A stretch of 48,416 nucleotides of DNA. Origin: Planctomycetota bacterium. GTDB taxonomy: Bacteria; Planctomycetota; UBA11346. Location: contig JAYVTR010000246.1 of assembly GCA_043788625.1 (NCBI GenBank), positions 1 through 48,416 on the forward strand, in the 5' to 3' direction. The notes below the pieces were generated by a model, which was not told the origin of the DNA, made no database searches, and saw only the letters and a list, made by a program, of their open reading frames with translations. Position numbers and translations under genes: made by a program. How positions within the stretch are numbered: the stretch's first letter is position 1; every line of letters starts with the position of its first letter. Below are positions 18,546 to 26,770 of the stretch, piece by piece.

Positions 18546-19699
18546 AGCGTATCGCCATAACCGGATCACTTGGTACCGGAAAAAGTACCCTCGCCAAAGA
18601 GCTGTCACGGCGTACGGGCAGGCCCCTGGACCACGCTCGGCAAATGCGTGAGATTTTACCTGAGATGTTTCCAGGCAAGCAGCTCATGGAATGCTCGCCC
18701 TGGCAAATATTCCAAATGTTCACGGCCCGCATGAGTGAAAGGGCCATGTCGGTTGCGGGCATGCCGTGTGAACTGGTTTCGGATGGATGCGCACTCAATG
18801 ATTGGGCATTCCTCTATGCACGCTGTTTTTCTGATCCGCATGGGAAAGGAAAATTGATTGCCGAGGTCGGCTACCGCGAGGCTGTCGAAAACCTGTTGCC
18901 GTCGATTAGGCGCGCCCTGAAGCAGCAATACAGCCACATGGTGCTCTGCGGCATCGATTTCGGCATCGTCGCCGACGGCCAACGGCCAACCTCGGAAAAG
19001 TTCAGGAAGATCGCCAATGATCTCATCGTGAAGGAGTTGGCAACGCTCGATGTGCATACCGTGACGGTCAATGGCGACATCGAAGGTCGGCTAAAATTAT
19101 GCCAGGCCGGCTTGGGAATCCACCTGTCCAAAACCTATACCGCTCTTTTATGCAATTGCCCAAGCGATGAGGGGCAATTGATGAATTATGATCAGATAGA
19201 CGACATCCTTGGTGAAAAAAGTTCGCGTTTTTTTTCAAATGGATTTCGCAAGGTGAACCACCATTTGCGCAATGTCGAAGTGAATAAGGTCGGTAAGTAC
19301 ATATCTGGCGTCATTGATATCGAAGCGCGTGACGATTGGTCAATTCGCAAGACCGGCCAAGAGCCCTATCACGTGACCAATATTGATGCCTTGCTTATCG
19401 CCGGTCAATTCGCCCAGGTGCTGATGTTTGCCATGGACGGGATTAGACGAGGAGAGAACGGCAACATGTGGGTGCGCCATGTCGAACTAGCGACTATCAA
19501 CAAAGTCGAGAGCCTCAGCGGCATCGATTTCCATATGCGCTGTGAAGACAGCAAGATCATCACCAAAGACGGTGAGAGATGGCATCTGGCGACACTGTCG
19601 TGCGAGATGGCGGGCGGGAAAATAAAGATGATCAATTACAAGGTCTGCTATCAACTGAAGCCGCAGGCTAATAAAGAGCTTTGCATCGCCAATGAATAA
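18542..19699 (+). CDS. P-loop NTPase (AAA_28/NadR-kinase-like N-terminal domain) fused to an unassigned ~190-aa C-terminal domain
   Basis: Walker A 'ITGSLGTGKSTLAKEL' lies at the N-terminus. The C-terminal half ('HVTNIDALLIAGQFAQVLMFAMDG...WVRHVELATINKVE...IDFHMRCED...') has a long helix followed by several beta-like segments, and I cannot assign a family. ATGA overlap with the DUF1330 gene. Confidence 0.6.
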   Translation: MKRIAITGSLGTGKSTLAKELSRRTGRPLDHARQMREILPEMFPGKQLMECSPWQIFQMFTARMSERAMSVAGMPCELVSDGCALNDWAFLYARCFSDPHGKGKLIAEVGYREAVENLLPSIRRALKQQYSHMVLCGIDFGIVADGQRPTSEKFRKIANDLIVKELATLDVHTVTVNGDIEGRLKLCQAGLGIHLSKTYTALLCNCPSDEGQLMNYDQIDDILGEKSSRFFSNGFRKVNHHLRNVEVNKVGKYISGVIDIEARDDWSIRKTGQEPYHVTNIDALLIAGQFAQVLMFAMDGIRRGENGNMWVRHVELATINKVESLSGIDFHMRCEDSKIITKDGERWHLATLSCEMAGGKIKMINYKVCYQLKPQANKELCIANE

Positions 19700-20906
19700 G
19701 TCGGTTATCTTCTCAATCATGGCCGAGGGGGTCCTCTCGCGCCTGAGCTTTGGCATGATCGGTCTGGCACTGCCTCTTTATGCCGAAAAAATCGGTATGG
19801 GGATTCAAGAGATTGGCATTCTCCTGTCGTTTCACTTCATCACCGAGATGTCCCTGAAGCGTTGGGTCAGTGCCAAAATCGATGTCATCGGCTTGCGTGC
19901 GGGCTTGTCGATCGCCTTATTTTTACGCTCGACCGTAGGCGCCCTGTTGCTGTTTTCGCTTACCTCGTGGCATCTGTTTGCGATCCGTGCTTTGCATGGC
20001 GCTTCAGAATCAGGACGTGAACCGGCGATCAACGCGCTCATGGCATCAACTGGCGGGATCAAGAAGTCCGGAGTCATCTTCGGTTGGTATAATTCATTGC
20101 GTGCCGCCGCCGGATCGCTCGGCAAGGCTCTGGCGAGTTTCCTGCTGATTTTACCGCTCAGCGGTTTCACCTCCATATTCTGTTTATCATTCATCGTCTC
20201 ATTCATCTGCGCCGTCGTAGTCACGGTCTTGTTGAAGAACAAGATCCCAGCAAGTAGTGCGGTAGACATTCCCAACTCACCAGCGCCGAAGGATGAAAAG
20301 CATGCGCTGGTGTTGCCGGCTTCACCGGCACCCACCATGAAAATGGTTTCCCTTTACGGTATCCTGATCAGTGCTTCGGGATCGATGCTCAATCTCTTGT
20401 TCCCGCTCATTGCGCTCAAATACGCGGGCATCAATGAGGCTGCACTCGGTACGATCTACCTGGCGGCGTCAGTCGTGGTGATGGTATCAGGACCATTCTT
20501 TGGCTGGCTTACAGATAACCTGAGTGGCAAGGCCGTCATGGCTACCAGAGGTGTATGCAATATCGCCTCGTCACTGACGATCATAAGTTATCCCTCATTT
20601 GCCGGCATGCTCGTCAGCGCCGTTTTGGATGATGCCGGCAAGGCCGCCTTCAGGTCTGCCTGGGGCAGTGTCTTGGCGAAGATAAGCGTCGGTAATCCCA
20701 GTGGGCGAGTGGCAACCGCCGGCAAGCTCGGGCTTTCCGAAAATGTCGGCGAGGTCTGCGGTCCGATCATCGGCGGTCTGATCTGGGGCTTATGGGGATT
20801 GCCGTTGGTGATGGTGGCACGTATCGCCTTGGCGTTCTCTTCCGAGATGGTGCTCGCGCAAATAGTCAAAAATGAGATGTCCATACGCGAAAGAAAAGCT
20901 GAGTAA
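19692..20906 (+). CDS. MFS transporter
   Basis: 404 aa with about 12 hydrophobic segments. The loop 'SLKRWVSAKIDVIGLR' resembles the MFS TM2-3 motif. 8-nt overlap with the upstream gene. Confidence 0.8.
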   Translation: MNKSVIFSIMAEGVLSRLSFGMIGLALPLYAEKIGMGIQEIGILLSFHFITEMSLKRWVSAKIDVIGLRAGLSIALFLRSTVGALLLFSLTSWHLFAIRALHGASESGREPAINALMASTGGIKKSGVIFGWYNSLRAAAGSLGKALASFLLILPLSGFTSIFCLSFIVSFICAVVVTVLLKNKIPASSAVDIPNSPAPKDEKHALVLPASPAPTMKMVSLYGILISASGSMLNLLFPLIALKYAGINEAALGTIYLAASVVVMVSGPFFGWLTDNLSGKAVMATRGVCNIASSLTIISYPSFAGMLVSAVLDDAGKAAFRSAWGSVLAKISVGNPSGRVATAGKLGLSENVGEVCGPIIGGLIWGLWGLPLVMVARIALAFSSEMVLAQIVKNEMSIRERKAE

Positions 20907-20907
20907 C

Positions 20908-22206
20908 ATGTTTAATTTTCGTAGCGTTGCACCACTGGTTGCGACGTTGTTTTTTCTTGCCTCTGGCTTCGCCGAGGAAGCTGCTTCTGAAAAATCTACT
21001 TCTGAAAAAGTCGCGTCTGAAAAACCTGCCTCTGAAAAACCTGCCTTTGAAAAAACAGGTACGGACATTCCACCGCCGAGCTTGCCGTCGACTCCCATAC
21101 CGAAGTTCTACGACAAGATCACGGTCACCCTGCAGGCTCGTATCGATTATGGCGGTTTAAATCCAGCTGCTGACGACACGCATTATCAAGATTCGCTCAA
21201 TTCTTATATCCGTCATTTCCGCATCGGAGTGCAAGGGGTATGCTACCTCAAGGATCTATTCTATGATGTGGCGCTCGAAGGCGATTACACCGACAAGGCG
21301 CCCAACAACACCGCTTACCAATCGAACGCCCCCAATGAGGATACCGATGTACCGGTTACGGTAAGCGAAGCGTTCATCAAATATAAGGTCAATAGTGCTT
21401 TTGAAATACGCTTCGGCAAAGCTAAGTTGCCATATTCCCGGGTCTACCTGACCAGCTCGAGCCTGCAGCTGATCATGGACCGGCCGTTGTTCACTACCGA
21501 CCTCCGTGATTTCTTTCACCGCTATGTGCATACCGGCGTTCAAGTCTCGGGTGGGGTGTATGATGACAGCATCGTGTATTACCTGAGCGTCAGCGATGGC
21601 TTCAAAAGCGGTAATCGCATTGGCGATACTGCGGGACAGATGAATCATCTCACCGTCAGTTCTGCGGGCCCTTTAACAGTGGCACGTATCGAGGTTTCGC
21701 CCAGTGGCTGGAACGAGAAAAAGCGCAACGATTCGCATCTCGGCGAAGGCCGGCATCTCACGCTGGGGGTCAATGACGGCTATCAAGGCGCTATCCGTTA
21801 TAATGAGACCGATGGCGAAGAGAGCCGCAACTTGCTGGGCGCCGATCTGTCTTTTCATTATGAAAGCCTGACTTTGCAAACTGAATATGACCTGTGGAAG
21901 AACCATACCACCGTCAACGACCAGATAGATGCGGCAGGTTTTTATGTGCAGGGCGGGTGGTTTTTCAAAACCATCAATGTCGAACCGGTGCTGCGTTATG
22001 AGATCTTCGAGGAAAACAAAAACCTTGCGGATGCGACCACCACGGTCCTTACCCCGGGGGTTAACTGGTATGTATCAGGGCATGACTTGAAAGTCGCCTT
22101 CAACTGGTCGCGCTATTTGTATTCGGCGGACTCGGCAGGCGGTTATGGCAGCTCATTGAATCGAAATGTTTTTGAGCTGGGAGTGCAGCTGAAGCGGTCG
22201 TTCTGA
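20908..22206 (+). CDS. Outer-membrane porin, phosphate-selective porin O/P (OprO/OprP)-like, with N-terminal SEK pentapeptide repeats
   Basis: Signal peptide 'MFNFRSVAPLVATLFFLASGFA'. Alternating beta-strand pattern with 'GFYVQGGWFF', 'VEPVLRYE' and 'NWYVSGHDLKVAFNWS', and a terminal aromatic residue. The start is 1 nt after the MFS stop. Confidence 0.7.
   Translation: MFNFRSVAPLVATLFFLASGFAEEAASEKSTSEKVASEKPASEKPAFEKTGTDIPPPSLPSTPIPKFYDKITVTLQARIDYGGLNPAADDTHYQDSLNSYIRHFRIGVQGVCYLKDLFYDVALEGDYTDKAPNNTAYQSNAPNEDTDVPVTVSEAFIKYKVNSAFEIRFGKAKLPYSRVYLTSSSLQLIMDRPLFTTDLRDFFHRYVHTGVQVSGGVYDDSIVYYLSVSDGFKSGNRIGDTAGQMNHLTVSSAGPLTVARIEVSPSGWNEKKRNDSHLGEGRHLTLGVNDGYQGAIRYNETDGEESRNLLGADLSFHYESLTLQTEYDLWKNHTTVNDQIDAAGFYVQGGWFFKTINVEPVLRYEIFEENKNLADATTTVLTPGVNWYVSGHDLKVAFNWSRYLYSADSAGGYGSSLNRNVFELGVQLKRSF
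20983..21057 (+). repeat. In-frame 15-nt tandem repeat x5 (consensus GCNTCTGAAAAANNN) encoding ASEKS-TSEKV-ASEKP-ASEKP-AFEKT
   Basis: Read directly. The units begin at 20983, 20998, 21013, 21028 and 21043, in frame with the porin ORF immediately after its signal peptide. Confidence 0.9.
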
Positions 22207-22260
22207 AAAGGTTCATTTATCCGCTGACTGTTTATTTGCGAACGGCTATTTATCCACGAG

Positions 22261-23229
22261 TTATTCACGAGCGAAGAAGAGCACACCCAGCACCAGCAGC
22301 AATGGCAGGGCAGTGGTCAGAGTGGCATAGCCGACCAAGCCCAGGACCACGCTGACGGCTATCGGTAAACGCAGATGCAGGCCATATTTCGACGGTTGTG
22401 GCCAGCGCCACGCCCACAGGCCGGCAGCGGCGGCGATGACAAGGCAGCCGGCCACTGCCGGCAGGAAACCAAATCGGATGAATTGCCCGCCTAGACCGTG
22501 TTCCAATACCGAGAGAGGGTCGCCGTGGAAAAAATCCATGGCCTTGCGTGCAAGAATGAAACAGACGGCGCTCAGCAGCAGGCCGCCGCCGATGACCAGC
22601 GGCAACACCAGGCGTTGCACCTGCGGCTCATGCCAGCGGGCATGGATAAAGGCCAGCCAGCTGCCGGCGACAGTAACTACCCCCACCGCAAAGGTACCGC
22701 TGGTGACTGACATCATGAGCAGACCCACGGTTTGCCCGGTGATGATCCACGCCAAATGCCGCCGGCAGCCGGCAGCTTGGTCGACGTGGATAGCAGTAAG
22801 CAGGGCCAAGCCGGCAAAAGCGGGAATGACCCGGCCATTCATGGTCAGCGTGGCCAATGCGAGGGGCAGCAGCAGCCATACGCGCAGGGCAGGCTCGCGG
22901 GCGGGCACCGCGGCCGCCAGCGCGCCGACCTTGGCCAGCAAGAGGGTGGTGGCCCACACCAGGCCAAAGCAAATGACGGTGAAGACCATATCCGGGTCGA
23001 CGTGCAGGTGGGTAAACGCCATGGCTGGTTGCATCACCAGCCAGCGCAGCGCGTGCGGATGCAGCGACGAAAAGACCGACCACGCACTGGCGTCTTCGAG
23101 GACGAGGATCTGATCCCACACCACAAAGCGCTTCAAGCCGAGAGCCAGGATCAGGGCATAGATCCCCAATCCACAGCGCCAAGCGGCAGGTGATTCAAGG
23201 TGGCGACGGAGGTCGGTGCAGGTCAGCAA
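22261..23229 (-). CDS. Polytopic integral membrane protein, unassigned family
   Basis: 322-aa ORF with about 9 hydrophobic helices and high GC. Only a TTG is available at the ORF start, so the true start is uncertain. Confidence 0.5.
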   Translation of the reverse strand: MLTCTDLRRHLESPAAWRCGLGIYALILALGLKRFVVWDQILVLEDASAWSVFSSLHPHALRWLVMQPAMAFTHLHVDPDMVFTVICFGLVWATTLLLAKVGALAAAVPAREPALRVWLLLPLALATLTMNGRVIPAFAGLALLTAIHVDQAAGCRRHLAWIITGQTVGLLMMSVTSGTFAVGVVTVAGSWLAFIHARWHEPQVQRLVLPLVIGGGLLLSAVCFILARKAMDFFHGDPLSVLEHGLGGQFIRFGFLPAVAGCLVIAAAAGLWAWRWPQPSKYGLHLRLPIAVSVVLGLVGYATLTTALPLLLVLGVLFFARE

Positions 23230-23299
23230 TGGGCCTCACTAAGGCTGCGTTGTACCTGTTGCTGTCATGCATACCATCAGCGCCCAGCGGAGGCGCACC

Positions 23300-24172
23300 A
23301 TGCAGCAGCAAGAAGTGTTCCCGGCGGTATGCTTGTCGATCGGCATGTCGGACTCGTCCGGCAGCGGCGGCACCCAGGCCGATCTGAAGACGTTCACGGC
23401 CTTGAGCTGTTATGGCGTGTCGATCGTCACCGGTGTGGCCGCCCACAGTCTCGGCCGCCTCTACGAGCTGTTTCCCTTACCTGAATCGGTAGTTCGCTCG
23501 CAGCTTGAAGCGGCCGGCGAAGATCTGCCGATCACCTCGGTCAAAGTCGGTTTTTGTCCGTCGATTGCCACCATGCGCGTAGTTGCCCGCTGGTTGCGTG
23601 AGCGACCCAAGGTAGCGGTGGTGGTCGACCCGGTGGCCCGCGACAGCCGCGGCATCCCCTTGCTGTCGCCCGAGCAGGTCGCGTGTCTGAAGGATGAGCT
23701 GCTGCCACGCGCCACGGTGTCGACGCCCAACCGACATGAGGCCGCCCTGCTCACGGGCATGGAAGAGGTCTTGGCGAAATCGGATATGGAAGACGCCGCC
23801 AAAGAGATGCTCAAGCGGTATGGCTGTCCGACCCTCGTCACCGGTGGCGGCTTGCAGGGCATGAGCCTGGATGTGTTGGCCGGCCTCGACGGTTTGCGTC
23901 ACTTCTCATTCCCGACTGTGCAACGCGCCAAGATCCATGGCACGGGTGCGACCTTTTCGGCGGCGGTGGCTGCTGGCTTGTCCAAGGGCGATAGCCTGCG
24001 CGAGGCCATCTTGGCCGCCAAGTTGTATGTATCGGCGGCTATTTCGGCTGCCCCGCGGCTCGAAAATGGACGCAGCGCACTATGGCATTCAGTGACGGTG
24101 CGCGAACAAGTGATCGCCACCCAGTCGGACTCATGGCCGGCGGTACATGTGCATCGGCCTTCGAGCGGCTGA
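23300..24172 (+). CDS. thiD: Hydroxymethylpyrimidine/phosphomethylpyrimidine kinase
   Basis: 'LSIGMSDSSGSGGTQADLKTF' and 'IHGTGATFSAAVAAGLSKG' match the ThiD/PdxK ribokinase-fold blocks. ATG at 23300 has GGAGG 7 nt upstream; the ORF is open from 23267. Confidence 0.85.
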   Translation: MQQQEVFPAVCLSIGMSDSSGSGGTQADLKTFTALSCYGVSIVTGVAAHSLGRLYELFPLPESVVRSQLEAAGEDLPITSVKVGFCPSIATMRVVARWLRERPKVAVVVDPVARDSRGIPLLSPEQVACLKDELLPRATVSTPNRHEAALLTGMEEVLAKSDMEDAAKEMLKRYGCPTLVTGGGLQGMSLDVLAGLDGLRHFSFPTVQRAKIHGTGATFSAAVAAGLSKGDSLREAILAAKLYVSAAISAAPRLENGRSALWHSVTVREQVIATQSDSWPAVHVHRPSSG

Positions 24173-24313
24173 GACGAACATGTTGATACGGCGTTTTGTC
24201 CTTTTTCGAAGCGACAGAAGGCAATAACAACGACGTTTTCATAGTTCCGGTGCCAACTGGTTGAAGTTACCATCGGCGAATCACCTAGCCACGGTTCGCC
24301 AAAGGTTTCCCAC

Positions 24314-26755
24314 ATGACCATCGCCCTGTTGCCGCTGCCTGTTTCCTGCGTCGTGGGTGCGGGGGCAGGCTTTCGGCTGCTGCCGAGCACGCGCATCATC
24401 GTCGGCGCCGGTGCACGACCAGAAGCCGAATTGTTGGTGGAATTGCTGACCCCACAGGTGGGCTTCGTCCTCGAAATCATCGATGACGGCGCGCCGCCGG
24501 CGGTTGCTGACCAGCCGCAGATCCGCATCATGCGTTCGGCAGCCAGCGAAGCTGGCCAGCCGGAAACTGGTCAGCAGGAAGCTTATCAGCTGACGGTGGC
24601 GGCCAGCGGCGTCGAGTTGCGCGCCGCGGCGCCGGCGGGCTTGGCGTGGGCAGCGCAGACGCTGCTGCAGCTGCTGTCGGTCGAGGCCGGCGGAGCGTGC
24701 CTGGCCGCGGTCGAGATTGATGATGCGCCGCGCTTCAGCTGGCGCGGAGCGATGCTGGATCCAGCGCGGCATTTCTGGACGGTCGCCGAAGTCCTGCGGT
24801 TCATCGACGTCATGGCCCGGCAGCGCCTCAACCGCCTGCATCTGCATCTCACCGACGATCAGGGATGGCGCATTGAAATCCGCCGGTATCCGCGCCTGAC
24901 CTCGGTAGGAGCCTGGCGCACGACCACGATCGAGGGCCATGCCATGTTGCAGCCACCCCGGTTCGACGGCATCGCACACGGCGGTTTCTACAGCCAGGAT
25001 GAGATCAGGACCATCGTCGCCTATGCCGCACGCCGGCACATTACCGTGGTGCCCGAGATCGATCTACCGGGACACATGCAGGCGGCGATTGCCGCCTATC
25101 CATGGCTGGGCGACGACGGCCAACCGTGCGACGTATTCCCCTGCTGGGGCGTGAATCCGCACATCCTCAATGTCGAAGAGCGCACGCTGCGTTTTCTCGA
25201 GGACGTGCTCGCCGAAGTCGTCGAGCTGTTCCCTTCGCCGTGGATTCACGTCGGTGGTGATGAAGCGGTGAAGAACGAATGGCAAGCGAGCCCACGCGTA
25301 CAGGCGCGCATCGCCGCCCTGGGCGTCACGGACGAGCACGGCATGCAGAGCCATATCATCAAGCGCATGGACACGTTCCTCAGCGCGCGGGGTCGGCGTC
25401 TGCTGGGCTGGGACGAAATCCTCGAAGGCGGCCTGTCGCCCAATGCAACGGTGGTGTCATGGCGTGGTGTTACAGGTGGCATCGAGGCGGCCCGGCAAGG
25501 TCACGACGTGATCATGGCGCCGCAGTCGCACACCTATTTCGACCATTACCAGCATGTCGATTATACGGCTCAGCCATTGGCCATCGGCGGCATGCTGCCA
25601 TTGGAGAAGGTCTATGCTTTCGAGCCCATACCGCCTGAACTCAGCGCTGAGGAAGGCCGCCATGTGCTGGGGGCCCAGGGCCAGTTGTGGTCGGAATACA
25701 TTACTTCGTACGCCCAGCTTGAAGCCATGGCTTTTCCGCGTTTGTGTGCCCTGGCCGAAGTCCTGTGGTCGCCGAAGGCGACACGTGATTGGCCGGCCTT
25801 CCAAGACCGCCTGGCGGTGCATCTGCAGCGCTTGGCTGCCCTGGGCGTGAATTATTTCAAGCCGCCGGCGGCTGGCCCGAGGCAGACCGCCATCACCTGG
25901 CGGCCGCGTGAGAATGATCGCCCGGCTCTGGTGGTCTTGGCGGCGGGCTCGCGCCTGGGCGGTGAGCGGCACCTGGCGCAGGTCGGGCCGCATGCCGAGA
26001 CCATCCTCGACTTCACCGCCTATGACGCCAAGCGCTGCGGCTTTGTAGAAATCATTTTAATTGTGCGCCCCGACAACCAGGCATTGGTCGCCCAAACCGT
26101 CGGCAATCGCCTGGCCCGGCAGCTGCCGGTGCGCTATGTGCTGCAGGACATGCACGAGCCCTTGCCGGGAGTGCAGACGCCAGGGCGCAGCAAGCCGTGG
26201 GGTACCGCGCACGCCGTAGCCTGTGGCCTCCGCGGTTTGCAACGCCCGTGCGGCGTGGTCAGTGCCGACGAGTGGTATTCGGGCGCGGGCATGCGCTCTT
26301 TGGCGCAGGTGCTGGCGCGCGGCGATCGTTCATCGGTGCAAGTGGCTTACACCCTGGCGCGCACCGTGAATCAACATGGGCCGGTCAGCCGCGCCTTGTG
26401 CACCATCAATGAGCATGGCGAATTACAGACCATCACCGAGACCGCCGACATCGTCAGCGGCGCCCTCGCACCCGAAACGGCGCTATCATTGGATCTGTGG
26501 GGCTTCCAGCCCAATTGCTATGCGCCTTTCATCGCTGACGTCGAAACATGGATCCGCCAGGCGCAGACTTCTGCCGACGAGTGCCAGCTGACGGCGATGG
26601 TGATGGCGAGTAGTGCACGCCACGGCTGGAAGACGCGCGCTGTGGTGACCGGCGGCGACTGGGCGGGTCTGGCCCATCACGCGGATCATGCGGCAGTGCA
26701 GGCGCGCCTGGCTCAGGCCACCGAAGCCGGTGATTATCCGCAGCCGTTGTGGTGA
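24314..26755 (+). CDS. Fusion protein: GH20 beta-N-acetylhexosaminidase (aa ~1-520) + sugar-phosphate nucleotidyltransferase-like domain (aa ~535-813)
   Basis: GH20 blocks: 'RFSWRGAMLDPARHF', 'LNRLHLHLTDDQGWRIEI' and 'HVGGDEA' (catalytic D-E). C-terminal blocks: 'LVVLAAGSRLGGERHLAQVGP', 'ILDFTAYDAKRCGF.EIILIVRP' and 'KPWGTAHAV' are typical of an uncharacterised NTP-transferase family. It is one uninterrupted ORF. Confidence 0.8.
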   Translation: MTIALLPLPVSCVVGAGAGFRLLPSTRIIVGAGARPEAELLVELLTPQVGFVLEIIDDGAPPAVADQPQIRIMRSAASEAGQPETGQQEAYQLTVAASGVELRAAAPAGLAWAAQTLLQLLSVEAGGACLAAVEIDDAPRFSWRGAMLDPARHFWTVAEVLRFIDVMARQRLNRLHLHLTDDQGWRIEIRRYPRLTSVGAWRTTTIEGHAMLQPPRFDGIAHGGFYSQDEIRTIVAYAARRHITVVPEIDLPGHMQAAIAAYPWLGDDGQPCDVFPCWGVNPHILNVEERTLRFLEDVLAEVVELFPSPWIHVGGDEAVKNEWQASPRVQARIAALGVTDEHGMQSHIIKRMDTFLSARGRRLLGWDEILEGGLSPNATVVSWRGVTGGIEAARQGHDVIMAPQSHTYFDHYQHVDYTAQPLAIGGMLPLEKVYAFEPIPPELSAEEGRHVLGAQGQLWSEYITSYAQLEAMAFPRLCALAEVLWSPKATRDWPAFQDRLAVHLQRLAALGVNYFKPPAAGPRQTAITWRPRENDRPALVVLAAGSRLGGERHLAQVGPHAETILDFTAYDAKRCGFVEIILIVRPDNQALVAQTVGNRLARQLPVRYVLQDMHEPLPGVQTPGRSKPWGTAHAVACGLRGLQRPCGVVSADEWYSGAGMRSLAQVLARGDRSSVQVAYTLARTVNQHGPVSRALCTINEHGELQTITETADIVSGALAPETALSLDLWGFQPNCYAPFIADVETWIRQAQTSADECQLTAMVMASSARHGWKTRAVVTGGDWAGLAHHADHAAVQARLAQATEAGDYPQPLW

Positions 26756-26770
26756 TTCCGCTTTGCCGAT

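Larger units (their letters stand above)
13779..22260. other. Low-GC compositional island (putative horizontally acquired region)
   Basis: Hand counts of 60-nt samples give about 42-43% GC at 17401, 19201 and 21001. The flanks give about 62% (12001) and 67% (23001). The left edge is the fusA terminator. The right edge is the gap before the convergent membrane gene at 22261. Confidence 0.7.

Noticed and set aside
22207-22268. TTATCC-containing short repeats (TTTATCCGC, TATTTATCCACGAG, TTATTCACGAG) at the right island edge, and their resemblance to the TTATCCCTCGTG repeat at 5781-5812.
   Set aside because: The similarity is limited to 6-7 nt with differing orientation of the flanking bases. 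That is too short to claim att sites or a shared repeat family.
23190-23300. Possible TPP riboswitch upstream of thiD.
   Set aside because: I looked for the conserved CTGAGA and ACCTGATCTGGATAATGCCAGCG-type elements and found none. The leader is only about 70 nt after the divergent membrane gene.
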